A DNA stretch of 64,000 nt from assembly GCA_965203315.1 (NCBI GenBank), contig OZ241857.1, positions 512,001 through 576,000 of the forward strand, in the 5' to 3' direction. This DNA is from Nitrosopumilus sp. Its GTDB lineage: Archaea; Thermoproteota; Nitrososphaeria; Nitrososphaerales; Nitrosopumilaceae. A program made the translations under genes and the position numbers. The notes under the pieces are model-generated. The model made no database searches. It saw nothing but the letters and a program-made list of their open reading frames with translations, and was not told the DNA's origin. Numbering within the stretch: position 1 is the first letter of the stretch; each line of letters starts with the position of its first letter. Below are positions 11,587-23,733 of the stretch, piece after piece.

Positions 11587-11999
11587 AAAACAGCGTTATG
11601 TCTGGAGGTTAAAAAATCATCTAGTTTTTAGCTCAAGCTATAACAGATATCAAATCATATTTGACGCAAATCATCTATCGATGATCTATATTCATGATAA
11701 CATACAAGATAGGCAAAGTCAAATCGATGACTCTATCTATGTTGGAACAAAACACAACAACAAAAGAAGGCGATTGATTATAATATTTACAAGTCTATAG
11801 AACCAGACATGACAAACAAACTCTTGTTTTGATCATTTGGATCAAGTAGAGATTGTGGGAACGTGAACGGTCTATGCCATGTGCAGAAAAAGTTTACATT
11901 CACATCTATCGATTAAGACGTTTCTTGACTAGTTCACTACCTATATACACGATCAAATAGTAAAAAATATTCGATGTTATAAGAAATTATGAAATAGTA

Positions 12000-12171
12000 A
12001 AGTTATTTCTGAACATGGCTGTAGAACTATATTATAAGACAAAGTATGACTCATTGTTTTACTTGTTGCGTCCATGTTGAGCAGCTGTACAGATCCCAAA
12101 TGTGAGATCATTTTATAATTTGGAATGTCTTTGCCACTAGTCGTCATCAAAATGACTTTTGCACGAACTCC
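12000..12171 (+). mobile_element. degenerate right end of the IS5 element
   Basis: resembles 25090-25271 (tgagatca..ttataatttggaatgtctttg; ends gcacgaactcc). Confidence 0.7.
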
Positions 12172-12575
12172 ATATTTTGATAACCAAAATGTCTTCATAC
12201 TTTTAAGATGCAGAGACACAATAAGGAATAATCTTACTGAAATAAGAAAAAATAGAAAAACACTATCCAGATTATTTTTTTTCGTAAATATAATCATGTA
12301 TATTAAAACTAGTATGTGAAATAATTGGAACCTTTATCAAATCATAAATGTGTACTAGCAGAGATCTGTCTTCGATGTGATTTTGATTGTAAAGAATTTA
12401 TCAATGATATTGGTATAAAACAGGCAAATGTAAGAAGAGCTAGCATGTTGACAGACATTCTGGCATTGGTAAATAACAACAATAGTGAGCCAAAGAGAAT
12501 AGTATCGCCTGACCTGATAGATACAGTGTTTGCAATAAGTGATTTCACAGTCAAATTTTTTTAACAACACAATTT

Positions 12576-12992
12576 ATGAACTTGTATGTTTCTGCTAGCA
12601 ATATGAACAAAAAGTATAGGGATCTTTCTCAGGCATGCAAAGATCGAAAGTTAGGACACGTGCAAGTCAAAAGTACAGCTGTAAAGATGGTCCTTGTGAA
12701 TGGATATACGAGGGAACAAGTTGCAAAAGTTTTTGAAGTTACTGAACGTACAGTGTACTTTTGGATCGCACAGTACAAAAAAGACGGAATTGCAGGCCTA
12801 AAAGACCAACCTCGTTCTGGAAGACCACCAAAAGTATCAGATGAGATACTTGAAAAGTTGATTGATGAACAAAAGCCTACATTTCCATTAGAGATGAAAA
12901 GTATAGTCAAAGAAAAGACAGGTGTAGAGTATCATGGAGATAGTTTACGGTACAGGATGAGAAAGCTTGATCGGTCTTCCAAAGTTGCTTAA
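12576..12992 (+). pseudogene. IS630-family transposase, HTH part only
   Basis: VAKVFEVTERTVYFW..GLKDQPRSGRPPK; DDE part absent, MITE-B follows. Confidence 0.8.
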
Positions 12993-13011
12993 CACCTTGT
13001 GTTCGCCGAGC

Positions 13012-13113
13012 GGATCTATTTGGTTTACGTGGGATGAACGATTGCAGAAAAACACACCAGATTCTATAGATGAAAATTATCGAAAAACAATCCCAAACAA
13101 ATCGAAGAGATCC
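13012..13113. mobile_element. MITE-B
   Basis: ends GGATCTATTTGGTTTAC / AATCGAAGAGATCC; related copies across window. Confidence 0.75.
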
Positions 13114-13303
13114 ATTTGGCTAATGCTAGTTTGATCTACCTTGCTATCGGTGTGTTGAGGTCACGATCTTTGTATATATTTTATGTTGTTTTAAAAACTA
13201 CCCGTCTCTGATCGACTTTTTTTTGTACAACACATCCAGTTGATACTCTTTTCTGGATCATACAATCGCCTTAATTTTTATATCCGTATTGTCTAATACT
13301 GTT

Positions 13304-13435
13304 GTGGCTAAGAGTAAACATGTCTGTCCATACTGCGAATCAATCTTTGATAATATGGACGATATGTCCGTCCATATTGATCGCATACATGGCGACTCTG
13401 GATTCTTGGAAGGTAGCACTAAAAAGTTTCCATAG
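13304..13435 (+). CDS. small C2H2 zinc-finger protein (43 aa, not in ORF track)
   Basis: GTG start; CPYCESIFDNMDDMSVHIDRIH; TTTTTATA about 28 nt upstream. Confidence 0.7.
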   Translation: MAKSKHVCPYCESIFDNMDDMSVHIDRIHGDSGFLEGSTKKFP

Positions 13436-13658
13436 AACTACAAGTGTTACTATACAAACGTCAACTTGTTTTAGAATTTTTATTTTTATTAACCGATTTG
13501 AGACCAATCTACTCTGATTGTTCAAATACGTGAAAACCTATACAACTGGATTTATGTGTCGATTGACTAGATAACGTGCTACAAAAAGATCCATGACTGT
13601 CTGTACAGATAAACATCCAAGACAAAGACTAAATTACACTGCATTATGATCTGCTCTG

Positions 13659-15335
13659 ATGATATCTAGTAGAAATGTCGTGTCTGGTACATCTAGAGCC
13701 CCACAACGTGCAATGTACAAGGCCATGGGTTTAGATGATGATGATCTAGCAAAGTCGTTTGTAGGAGTCTGTCATACTGGAAATGAGGCCACTCCATGTA
13801 ATATACACTTGCCAACTTTGGCATTAAAGGCAAAAGAGGGAGTAAGAGATGGGGGAGCCACTCCTAGAGAGTTTTCAACTATTGCTGTGAGTGATGGCAT
13901 CGCAATGGGTCATGAAGGCATGAAATCGTCGCTGATATCGCGTGAAGTCATAGCTGACTCGATCGAACTGATGGTTCGAGCACATCAATATGATGCCCTA
14001 GTTGGAATAGCCGGATGCGATAAGAGTCTTCCTGGAACAATGATGGCGATGGCACGCTTGAACGTTCCTTCGATATTCGTGTATGGTGGCACAATAATGC
14101 CAGGAATGTTAGATGGACGTGAATTGACAATAGTCGATGTATATGAAGCAGTAGGATCGTATGACGCAGGCAAGATATCACTAAACGAGCTCAAAAATAT
14201 AGAAGACACTGCATGTCCTAACGCTGGATCTTGTGGTGGAATGTTTACTGCAAACACGATGGCATCAATATCTGAAGCGATTGGACTTGCCCTTCCAGGT
14301 AGTGCGAGTCCTCCTGCTGAAGATATGCGCAGACAAGAGATCGTACACGATACAGGCGTTGCAGTCGTACGTTTATTGAAGAGTGGAATACGTCCAAGTG
14401 ACATTCTAACATTTGAGGCATTTGAGAATGCAATCACAATACTAAACTCTGTGGGCGGTTCCACAAATGGCATACTTCATCTACTTGCCCTAGCAAACGA
14501 GTCAGACATTACTCTGACATACGACGACTTTGAGAGGATCAGAAGAAAGACTCCTCATCTCGCAGATATGAAACCTGGTGGTAGCTATGTGATGAACTCG
14601 TTGGACAAGATTGGTGGAATTCCATTCATCATAAAACGACTGCTTGAGAGGGGACTAATTCACGCTGACTGTCTTACCGTCACAGGAAAGACCATCAAGC
14701 AGAATATAGATTCCATGACAATCCCTGAACCTGAACAAAAGATTGTACGACCTATCTCAGATCCTATACACAGTACTGGAACAGCTGTGATTCTTAAGGG
14801 AAGTCTCGCACCCGAAGGAGCAGTAATAAAGACGGCTGGAGTTGACATTAGCAGATTTGTTGGCAAGGCGCGTGTATTTGATCGAGAAGAAGAGGCATTT
14901 GCAGCAGTGTCTCAAGGTGAGATAGATGAAGGTACTGTTTTGATTATACGATACGAGGGACCAAAAGGCGGTCCAGGAATGCGCGAAATGCTTGCGACTA
15001 CAGCAGCTCTAGTAGGACAAGGACTAGGAAGAAAGGTAGCAATGGTGACGGATGGTAGATTCTCTGGTGGTACACGTGGATTTATGGTTGGACATGTAGC
15101 TCCAGAGGCATTTGTTGGTGGACCAATTGCACTTGTACAAGACGACGACGAAATTGTGATAGACATCGAAACAAACAGTATAGATATCAACATATCTGAG
15201 AGCGAGTTACAGACAAGACGCTCTATGTGGCAACAACCAAAACCAAACTATTCTGGTGGAGCACTAGCCAAGTTTGCAAAACTAGTTGGCTCTGCTGCAC
15301 ACGGTGCCATAACCAATACAAAATCATCTGACTAG
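13659..15335 (+). CDS. ilvD: dihydroxy-acid dehydratase
   Basis: [36 protein letters not shown]. Confidence 0.97.
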   Translation: MISSRNVVSGTSRAPQRAMYKAMGLDDDDLAKSFVGVCHTGNEATPCNIHLPTLALKAKEGVRDGGATPREFSTIAVSDGIAMGHEGMKSSLISREVIADSIELMVRAHQYDALVGIAGCDKSLPGTMMAMARLNVPSIFVYGGTIMPGMLDGRELTIVDVYEAVGSYDAGKISLNELKNIEDTACPNAGSCGGMFTANTMASISEAIGLALPGSASPPAEDMRRQEIVHDTGVAVVRLLKSGIRPSDILTFEAFENAITILNSVGGSTNGILHLLALANESDITLTYDDFERIRRKTPHLADMKPGGSYVMNSLDKIGGIPFIIKRLLERGLIHADCLTVTGKTIKQNIDSMTIPEPEQKIVRPISDPIHSTGTAVILKGSLAPEGAVIKTAGVDISRFVGKARVFDREEEAFAAVSQGEIDEGTVLIIRYEGPKGGPGMREMLATTAALVGQGLGRKVAMVTDGRFSGGTRGFMVGHVAPEAFVGGPIALVQDDDEIVIDIETNSIDINISESELQTRRSMWQQPKPNYSGGALAKFAKLVGSAAHGAITNTKSSD

Positions 15336-15562
15336 TAATTCTGTCATATGTGTTTTGAAATCATAATGTGGTGTTATCATATGCTGCAATAGTATTTCGA
15401 GTTAGACAAGATGATCATAATTATCAAAATTTCACAACTAGTATACGAGTATCGTTTTTTAATTAACTAGGACTAGCCTAATTCTAGAATACAAGATATT
15501 CTTGAATTATGTGTGTTATCTTGCCATCCAGAATCAGAGTTACCGCAAACACACTCAACTAT

Positions 15563-15703
15563 AGACTATATGCGTATTTCTTACATCATACCCCAAGTTT
15601 TAAGGTACAATAAAACACAGGTGTAATTTCTAGAGGCAAATTGATTCATTGTTGTCATGTTTGATGATTGGTGTGGGCATTCTTAATAATACGCATACAG
15701 TCT
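15563..15703. mobile_element. MITE-A (about 140 bp)
   Basis: TIR AGACT(G/A)TATGCGTAT; TAT on both flanks. Confidence 0.85.
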
Positions 15704-16307
15704 TATGTCGTGTCCATAATTATAACATATCTCAACTGTCTTGATATGTTTATCGATAAATTCTTATTTTATTAGAAACTATGATTCATATATTCTATAA
15801 ATTGTTGACAATACGACTCGTAAGCGTGGAATAATGAATAAGACATCTTTTCATATGTATGATGTCCAATAGTTTGTTGATTCGTGTGATGGATTCCAAT
15901 CACATGACAATACCGTACTATTTTACGACTGCTTTTTTGAGGAACACTCTCTAGTTCTTCATAGGTTACGTCTAGTATTGTGCTGTCAATGGTACAGTAT
16001 AGAGGTGCCTTGTAGAATGACAACTCGCAGTCTTGCATTACATCTAGCCAGAGTGTAGCCATCTAGTCAAACAACGATAGAAACTATGACATGGTGATCT
16101 CTCGTTCTGACACAACCACTACCAATGTAGATACAAACTCTGGATTTAGAGGTACTAGTTGAAACGAATTGATGTGTACAGACTTTGCCACACTTGTGAA
16201 AACTGTATAAAAGTAGAAATTAATAGATCGAGTTTTTGAGTAGTAAGTATAGATGCTTTTTGTAATACATAATTTTTATATCTAGATCGATAGTAAGATG
16301 ATATACA

Positions 16308-17156
16308 TTGGCAGTCGTATACAAACAAAAGAGCAGATACAAAAAGTCCTCGAGCACGCTTTTGCTTGGAGACTGTCTAGAAAAACTCAATCAAGTTAAA
16401 TCAAACTCTGTTGATCTAATCTTTACTTCTCCACCATACGCAGATCGTAGATCATCAACTTATGGAGGGATCAAACCAGATGCTTATGTGGATTGGTTTA
16501 TACCAATTACCGACGAATTGTATCGAGTACTCAAACCTAGCGGTACATTTGTACTCAACATTAAAGAATGTGCCATAGCTGGCGAGCGTCATACATACGT
16601 CCTCGAGTTGATAATTGAGATGCGTAAACGTGGATGGCTTTGGACAGAAGAATTCATCTGGCACAAAAAGAACTCATATCCAGGCAAATGGCCTAACCGT
16701 TTCAGAGATTCTTGGGAACGGTTACTGCAATTTAATAAACAACGGAAATTCAAGATGAATCAAGATGCCGTACGTGTTCCAGTTGGTGATTGGTACGACA
16801 ACCGGATGCGAAATCTGAGTGATACTGATCGCATACGCGACGTATCCAAGGTAGGTAGTGGATTTGGAAAAAAGGTAGAGAATTGGGTGGGTAGAGATAA
16901 AGTACATCCTACAAATGTATTACACGGTGCAACTGAACGCAACAACAAAAGTCATAGTGCCACATTTCCTTATTGGTTGCCCGAATGGTTTATCGACCTA
17001 TTTACTGATCCTGGCGACACAGTACTTGATCCATTTATTGGCTCTGGAACAACCGCATTTGCGTCACTAGACAAAGGTCGCAATATCATTGGAATTGAAA
17101 TGTACAAACCATATTATACAATATTAAGACAGAAACTCAAAAATGGAAGATCATAA
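16308..17156 (+). CDS. site-specific DNA methyltransferase (N4-C/N6-A, beta class)
   Basis: TSPPY precedes VLDPFIGSGTT; HSATFP. Confidence 0.92.
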   Translation: MAVVYKQKSRYKKSSSTLLLGDCLEKLNQVKSNSVDLIFTSPPYADRRSSTYGGIKPDAYVDWFIPITDELYRVLKPSGTFVLNIKECAIAGERHTYVLELIIEMRKRGWLWTEEFIWHKKNSYPGKWPNRFRDSWERLLQFNKQRKFKMNQDAVRVPVGDWYDNRMRNLSDTDRIRDVSKVGSGFGKKVENWVGRDKVHPTNVLHGATERNNKSHSATFPYWLPEWFIDLFTDPGDTVLDPFIGSGTTAFASLDKGRNIIGIEMYKPYYTILRQKLKNGRS

Positions 17157-17748
17157 TGTACTATATTAGTGACGAACAAATTACTTTATACGTACAAGCA
17201 AATATCAAAAGTTTTCATGATAAACGATCGAAATAGCTTATAAGTCACGGTTGGAAGAATTATTGCTTCGTAAGAATCCATACTTGTTTAAGAGTAAGGG
17301 TATCGACACGGGCATTGATCTAGTTAAATCGCTACTAGACGCTCACCTCAGCTCACAAGAAGAGACCTTGTTTGGAGCATTTCTTGAAGGTTTAGCAATA
17401 CATGCAGCTAAAATTGTACATGATGGTTGGAAATCTAGTGCAATAGGAATAGATTTAGAGTTCAATAAATCGGATACGCGATACATAATATCTATAAAAT
17501 CGAGCCCAGATTGGGGCAACAGTTCTCAAGTTAGCAAGATGTGTGACAATTTCAAAATTGCATCTCGTATAATTCGACAAGGAGATGCCAAAGTTACTAT
17601 AAAAGCAGTGAATGGTTGCTGTTATGGACGCGACAAAAAACCCGACAAGGGCGATTATTTCAAGTATTGTGGTCAACAGTTCTGGGAGCTTGTCTCAAAC
17701 GATTCAGAGTTTTATACTCGAATTATAAAACCACTAGGACATGATGTC

Positions 17749-19014
17749 CAGTTTACCCAATTGTGTATTCAACACGCCACCACAGGTTTTGGCGGTGGCT
17801 CTGGTTCGATATCTGGGTCAATAAACGATTTGATGTATTCGTATGTCATTTCTAGAAAAACAAGTGCGGTAATTTGATTGCAATAATCAAAGAGATCGTC
17901 TTCACATTGTATGTTTCGTGCCAGAATCCATGCGTTGTAAAACAATACACTGAAAATAAACATCAATTCTCGTACTCTGTGATCATAGCTAGAAGTCTTT
18001 AATCTCATATCGTTAATGTCACGATATCCAGTTTCAATGACCCATCTCTTTCTATATTTTTCAACATCTATTCTAGGATTGTTTGTTGCAAATACAAGAT
18101 ACTCTTTTTTGAATTTCTTTTTGATCTCTATTATGATCACATAATAACTAGAACGCAATCCATCCTTATTAGAAATATGATGCTGTGATACTCTACTACG
18201 CTTTCCTTGTTTAAATTCTTTGATCATTTTTTTGATTGGATTGGTATGTACACAGGGCATCAGAAATGTTCGATTCATCTGTCTAAAGAGTTCAAATATC
18301 TCTGCCGTATAGAACTCCCGATCAAGCAAAAACACGCCTAGGATTAGTCTCTGCTGGTGGCAGGTTTTGATGATTTTACGTATAAGATCTGGGTTTCCAG
18401 CACCTTTTTTTACTTGTAATTTAGCTACGGTTAACGTTGCTCCAACGTTTACAATCTGTGCAGTCATGTACTCTTCGCATAGTTTTACACTCTTCTTGAA
18501 CATGGTCTTTACAGTGTATTTGGTTTGTTCTTTGTCGTATCTCTGATAGCAGTGCATGTCTATTGCAATGTCTACTACTTTTGGTAATTTACCAGCTCGT
18601 CTTAACGCATTGAGATGTTGCCTAACTATTCTGTTAAACATACGATCAACATCATACTCTACAATCTCTTTGAATAATTTTCTAAACCACTCATCACAAG
18701 GTACTCTTATTTTGGTATATTTTTGAACGGATCTTTTAGCGCGAGTAACATCTGCAATACCAGATTTGCTCATTGCAGCTGAAAACAAAATAGACAGAAC
18801 AGAGATTTTACCATACAGCGCATTATAATTTTCTGATACTGGAATTATCAAACATAATAACCATTTTATGTAATCGTAATTCTCAATACTCTTTTTCAAT
18901 TTGTTAGGATTTTCCTTAACTCTTTTACCCATTAATTTCTCATTTTTGAGCCCCTTTATAGATCTTTCTATTTTACATAATTTGCGTATTTTAGGCACAC
19001 AATTGGGTAAACTG
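17749..19014 (-). mobile_element. ISH3/IS4-family element 1
   Basis: TIR CAGTTTACCCAATTGTG; 5-bp TSD ATGTC. Confidence 0.92.
17769..18932 (-). CDS. ISH3-family transposase
   Basis: IAIDMH, LLDREFY, YRKRWVIETGYR; start moved to MGKRV because the track start (19028) lies outside the TIR. Confidence 0.88.
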   Translation of the reverse strand: MGKRVKENPNKLKKSIENYDYIKWLLCLIIPVSENYNALYGKISVLSILFSAAMSKSGIADVTRAKRSVQKYTKIRVPCDEWFRKLFKEIVEYDVDRMFNRIVRQHLNALRRAGKLPKVVDIAIDMHCYQRYDKEQTKYTVKTMFKKSVKLCEEYMTAQIVNVGATLTVAKLQVKKGAGNPDLIRKIIKTCHQQRLILGVFLLDREFYTAEIFELFRQMNRTFLMPCVHTNPIKKMIKEFKQGKRSRVSQHHISNKDGLRSSYYVIIIEIKKKFKKEYLVFATNNPRIDVEKYRKRWVIETGYRDINDMRLKTSSYDHRVRELMFIFSVLFYNAWILARNIQCEDDLFDYCNQITALVFLEMTYEYIKSFIDPDIEPEPPPKPVVAC

Positions 19015-19501
19015 ATGTCAAGATACATAATGAGGAATTTGTCAAAAAATACAATAAAACAATTGAAAAATTTTCAATAGAATTTACCAAAAAAATCTGC
19101 GATGACCACGGTACAATAAATTGGAATAAATTGGTTACTTTTAGCTCATCTGAAGATTTGGATTTCTAGATAATATTCTAGTCGTAACGTTTGTACGTTG
19201 ATCTGTCAAGTGATCTCACACTCTTGAAAAGAATCACCCGTCTCTAGCTTTGGGCGTTTTATCACCTGTCAAGTTCTTGATTGCTTTCTCCCCCGTACCA
19301 TGTATCGTACATTTTGCATCATCTATGTCGATTCTATGCATGATGCGTCTATGTGAAACCCATATGAACTAGTGTGTGCCATCACTTTCATCGTGTATCT
19401 GTCTGCATGATCATACTAGTCATTTGGCAGAAAGCTAACGACTTGTTGTATTGATCGCTAGAGTCCTATATTTTAAATATCAGTACCAAAAAATCATAGT
19501 A

Positions 19502-19927
19502 ATGAATGATATCAAAAAAATTCTAGTTCCACTCGATGGTTCAAAAAACTCCAAAAGGGGCTTAGAGGTTGCAATAACACTAGCAAAACAGTGTGATGCT
19601 GCACTTACTGGAATGTATTCGATTTCTGCACCATCTCCTAGTGGTTTTGAAGGAGTTGGTTCGAGAGACAAACGGATGGATGACGAGATCGAGAAGATTC
19701 TGAATGAGGCCGTTAGTACAGCTGCAAATGGTGGAGTCAAACTAGAGATCATAAAGATGCATGGGGATATTGGTTATAACATCATAAAGCTGGCTCATGA
19801 ACAGGACAAATTTGACATGATTGTGATCGGATCTAGAGGTCAGAGTGCAACAAAATCTCTATTCTTTGGAAGCGTATCCAACTATGTCATACACTCATCA
19901 AAGATACCTGTAGTGATAGTAAAATAA
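19502..19927 (+). CDS. universal stress protein
   Basis: KKILVPLDGS, IVIGSRG, FGSVSNYV; ATG 19502 preferred over TTG 19451. Confidence 0.93.
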   Translation: MNDIKKILVPLDGSKNSKRGLEVAITLAKQCDAALTGMYSISAPSPSGFEGVGSRDKRMDDEIEKILNEAVSTAANGGVKLEIIKMHGDIGYNIIKLAHEQDKFDMIVIGSRGQSATKSLFFGSVSNYVIHSSKIPVVIVK

Positions 19928-19944
19928 CTGCTGATTTGACGTGC

Positions 19945-20047
19945 GTATCTCTTTGATTTACATGAGATGGAGTTTTTACATATAAATTGCTACAAGACTT
20001 TGGAAAAAGTCTTGTAAAATTACATTCCATGTAAATCGAAGAGATCT
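19945..20047. mobile_element. MITE-B, degenerate
   Basis: GTATCTCTTTGATTTAC ... GTAAATCGAAGAGATCT. Confidence 0.7.
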
Positions 20048-20422
20048 TTACGTTGCATCATTATGAAAAACAATATAATAAAATACTGGACAATCAATAT
20101 CACATATCTAATCTACAGGCTTGTCCATAACAGACATAAACACCCCAATACGACAATATGAAAAAAGATGGATAACAAGACAATGATGCGATATCACTAG
20201 TTTTGTTATTGGAAAATTGTTTTAGAATTAAAAAAATCCAAATTGGAAAGCTAATAACAAACACAATAAACCGAAGATCATAAAAAACAGCAATTGTACC
20301 TGAAAAAGAAGCAAAAATATTGAAAAAAATTCCATTTAATAAAATTAGACTAAGGCAAACACCTTTTAGTTTACGTAAATAAAAAGAGAGTCGGTCAGTA
20401 GAGAGCATGTCGATACATCCTA

Positions 20423-20941
20423 CTATCTATGCCAGTATGCAAGCCAAGAATAAACTAGTGCTTTGGGATCGAGTTCTGGACGTTGTGAATTATGATGGTT
20501 GCTACCCATACTTGTAAATTTGAAAGATTGATTTTGCATATGGCCATTATTGTAACCATGGCGTGTTACATTTTTAACATAATCAACATCGTGCGAATGT
20601 ACAACATGCAGCACAATTCTTCGGTATTCGTTAGAGACTGGTGATGATTTTATTGTTGATGACAAAGTATAACCGACACTAACGACTATGAAATGCACAA
20701 TATAATGATCACTGAATCCTCCACAACATACAGCATCTAACTCGTCATGGTGTATGGTAACAATACTGCTCATACTAAAAACAGTCACAATTGGTGTTTG
20801 AGAGTAATCCGAGGGCGCCAGAGCCATATCATCTGTAGAATCAATTGTGGAGTTGGCAGATGGTGTCTTGAATCTTTCATGCCTCAACTCTTGTAGTGTG
20901 CGGTCTGATTCTTTTGTTTGTCTGCTAATCAGTTCGATCAT
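20423..20941 (-). CDS. hypothetical protein, possibly decayed
   Basis: 172-aa ORF with TATA-like sequence upstream; no motif recognised. Confidence 0.3.
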   Translation of the reverse strand: MIELISRQTKESDRTLQELRHERFKTPSANSTIDSTDDMALAPSDYSQTPIVTVFSMSSIVTIHHDELDAVCCGGFSDHYIVHFIVVSVGYTLSSTIKSSPVSNEYRRIVLHVVHSHDVDYVKNVTRHGYNNGHMQNQSFKFTSMGSNHHNSQRPELDPKALVYSWLAYWHR

Positions 20942-21474
20942 CTTTTATGCCTCTTTAGTTTAATATATAATTGTGATTGGTTAGATACACTTGTACTGAT
21001 ACTGTCCCTAGTACTGAGAGTATGACACTCATGTCCAGTATGGTAATTCGTATCTTATTCACGTTCTAGTTGTTGTTTGTTTGTTATATGTCAGAGGCGT
21101 ATCTATTGTACGTAATAATCGCCTATTTTTTTATATGCGCTCTAGACGAGCCGAGTCTATCAATTGATCTTGACATGTCTACCAATCATCAATAAATTTT
21201 GTAATCGCGTGCACTTGTGCTGATCTTGACATGTGTTGTCAAACCAAACATGACAACGAAAACAAATTTTGACATGAATAGCATGATCAAATCTTTATGA
21301 AGCAAAAAAGTTTCAAATCCTTTTTTAGCTTGTGATGATGTTTTAGTTAATCAATATGGCTGCTGATGGCATTGATGCATGGTTTGTATCAGAACTTGTT
21401 TTTGGTAGCACAGTAATCTAAAATCATGAATTCATCAAGCATGTTGAGATCTTGATGTGGTGACAACATTATCT

Positions 21475-21936
21475 CTACTTTACATTCATCTTTTCATAAT
21501 ATCTTTGGTGATACTCTTCAGCAGGATAGAATGTAGGCGCAGGCACGATTTGAGTAACTATGGGTTTATCATACGCTCCTGATGATGATAGTGATCTCAT
21601 CTTGTCTTCTGCTATCTTTTGCTGTTCTTTATCGTGATAAAATATTGCAGAACGGTATTGAGTTCCAACATCAAAACCTTGTCGATTTAACGTAGTTGGA
21701 TTGTGATTATCCCAAAAGATATCTAGTATCTCTTCAAAAGAGATTTTATCTGGCTCATACTCGATCTGAACTGCTTCAGCATGTCCAGTTCGATCAGTAC
21801 ATACATCTTCATATGTTGGATCGGAAATACTTCCTCCAATATAGCCAACTTTGGTAGATTTTACGCCATCTGTCTTACGAAACAGCGCTTCGACATGCCA
21901 AAAGCACCCTGCTGCAAGTGTTGCTCTCACACCCAA
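21475..21936 (-). CDS. msrA: peptide-methionine (S)-S-oxide reductase
   Basis: AAGCFW, TGHAE, QYRSAIF, AEEYHQRY. Confidence 0.96.
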   Translation of the reverse strand: MGVRATLAAGCFWHVEALFRKTDGVKSTKVGYIGGSISDPTYEDVCTDRTGHAEAVQIEYEPDKISFEEILDIFWDNHNPTTLNRQGFDVGTQYRSAIFYHDKEQQKIAEDKMRSLSSSGAYDKPIVTQIVPAPTFYPAEEYHQRYYEKMNVK

Positions 21937-21974
21937 ATACTGACATGTGTGGATTAAAAACTATTGCATATACT

Positions 21975-22352
21975 TTATCTGTGATCCATAAAGATTCCGA
22001 CCACCTTTTTTGCCAGAGTCTCAATGTTTGTAGTGGGCTCTGCAGAGATTAACAACAGTATCTTTGTTATCGGAAAAGGAAAACTTACTAGAACTGCTTT
22101 GTCCCGCCTTGCTGCCAGATAGTTTATTGGACCAAGCGTCTCATCATACTCTTTTCGGAGTGAGATCTTTGAGACAAACTCCAAGAATGTATTCAATCTA
22201 GTCTCATCACCTTCATGTGGGACAACTCCTTCTCGGAATCCACCTGCAATCAACTTGCCATCTTGGTCAACTATACCTGCAAAACGAATCTCTTCTTCCT
22301 GCAAAATATGGTGACACTTTAAATCATAGATCTTGAGTGTTTCATCAGACAC
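21975..22352 (-). CDS. thaumarchaeal roadblock-like (DUF6659-type) protein
   Basis: IRFAGIVDQDGKLIAGG..YDETLGPINY pattern. Confidence 0.7.
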   Translation of the reverse strand: MSDETLKIYDLKCHHILQEEEIRFAGIVDQDGKLIAGGFREGVVPHEGDETRLNTFLEFVSKISLRKEYDETLGPINYLAARRDKAVLVSFPFPITKILLLISAEPTTNIETLAKKVVGIFMDHR

Positions 22353-22393
22353 ACTTTTAATCTAAATCCCAAAAATAAAAACCTAGCCCTATG

Positions 22394-23221
22394 CTACTCT
22401 TTACTACATTTTATCAGTAGATAGTCTATCAACTTTGAGTCAGCGGCCGATTTCATCTTTGCGAGTGACCGGCACAACAGCTTTTCAATCATAGAAGAGT
22501 AGCGAGTCAGTATCTTCTCTCTAAGTCTAGTCCGGTTTGCAAAGTAATAGTCTGCAAGTGGAACATATACTGATGAACCGATCATGTGTTTATCATGTAT
22601 GATGAAACCAGATCTCTTGATCATCTCTTCAACCTTGATTAGCGAATAGTGCTCTGATGACCAAGTTAGATGTAATATACCTAGACCGAGAGACGATCTA
22701 GCATCTAAAACTATTGGGATCGCCATGACCAATAGGCCTGATGAGCTTAGTGTCTGTCTAGACTGGGTTAAAAAATTCAAGAGAGGTCTAAAGTGTTGAG
22801 CAGACTCTAATGCCAATATGCGATCAAACGTACCTTCCGCAAATGGCAATCTTGTGGATGTTGCATTGATGTGATCTATGTTGTCAGATCTTCCTCTATG
22901 TAACTGTGCATAATTAAGATTGAGGCAAGTTATGTCTGTCTGATATCTAGATCGCCATATCTGTGCAGGGGCAGATAGTCCACTACCCACATCGAGAACT
23001 TTGGTGGCTGTATCGAGTTGAGCATAATCTCCAAAATATTCACACATGTTGGTTTGAGCGGATTGTGGGTCTGCATGTTCTGAATCCCAATAGCCAAAGT
23101 TTAGCATATCGCCACCTGTGGTGATTTGCATCAATGGGGACATTACATCGTATAATCGAATTACGTCGCGCTCGCTACGTCGCAGCGTCCATAACAATAC
23201 ATCAATGGGATTTATCATCAC
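22394..23221 (-). CDS. class I SAM-dependent methyltransferase
   Basis: LNFGYW, VLDVGSG, FDRILALESAQHF. Confidence 0.88.
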   Translation of the reverse strand: MMINPIDVLLWTLRRSERDVIRLYDVMSPLMQITTGGDMLNFGYWDSEHADPQSAQTNMCEYFGDYAQLDTATKVLDVGSGLSAPAQIWRSRYQTDITCLNLNYAQLHRGRSDNIDHINATSTRLPFAEGTFDRILALESAQHFRPLLNFLTQSRQTLSSSGLLVMAIPIVLDARSSLGLGILHLTWSSEHYSLIKVEEMIKRSGFIIHDKHMIGSSVYVPLADYYFANRTRLREKILTRYSSMIEKLLCRSLAKMKSAADSKLIDYLLIKCSKE

Positions 23222-23595
23222 ATGGTACTTTGTCTATCTTTAGTATAATTGTATGAGCCACACCACATCATTTATCCTGGGATAGAATCGGACTCGCACA
23301 TAGTACATGTGTATGGTAGTCTAGTTGCCTCTAGAAACCACAAGAACGCTGTAAACTTTAACAAACAGTTGTTTCCGAGTCTAAATAGCCAATCTAAAAT
23401 AACATCAAATTGCAACAAAAAGGTTTTCTTAAACTAGACTTGGTAGAGTTTCTGTCTATTTTGTAGTCACAAATGTTCTTTGAATCTGGTGTCTTTTTAC
23501 CTCTAGTCTTTTATGCGGATCTTTATGTTGTTCAACATACAAATACCAAGTAATTGTATACACACGTCACACTCGATGCTGGCCAATCTCTACTA

Positions 23596-23733
23596 AGACT
23601 GTATGCGTATTATTAAGAATGCCCACACCAATCATCAAACATGAGAACAATGAATCAATTTGCCTCTAGAAATTACCTCTGTGTTTTATTGTACCTTAAA
23701 ATGTGTGCATGATGTAAGAAATACACATACAGT
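23596..23733. mobile_element. MITE-A, inverted, clipped by IS5 copy 2
   Basis: reverse complement of 15563-15703; last TIR bases replaced by the IS end. Confidence 0.85.

Larger units (their letters stand above)
17143..19169 (+). pseudogene. PmeII-family type II restriction endonuclease (frameshifts, stop, IS insertion)
   Basis: RKNPYLF, SSQEETLFG, GIDLEF, IKSSPDWGNSSQ, CGQQFWE; TAG at 17234; C-terminus (..INWNKLVTFSS) resumes after the IS at 19020. Confidence 0.8.

Noticed and set aside
11700-11800. IS1595-like motif QIDDSIYVGTKHNNKRRR
   Set aside because: Short similarity only; no further catalytic motifs or TIRs
15772-16062. 96-aa ORF
   Set aside because: No recognisable motif; probably decayed DNA
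18933-19028. N-terminal extension of the ISH3 transposase ORF
   Set aside because: Crosses the TIR into host DNA
19240-19262. IS200/IS605-like end hairpin
   Set aside because: Weak stem; no tnpA or tnpB nearby
20100-20408. 102-aa hydrophobic ORF
   Set aside because: Hydrophobicity explained by T-rich strand; no other support
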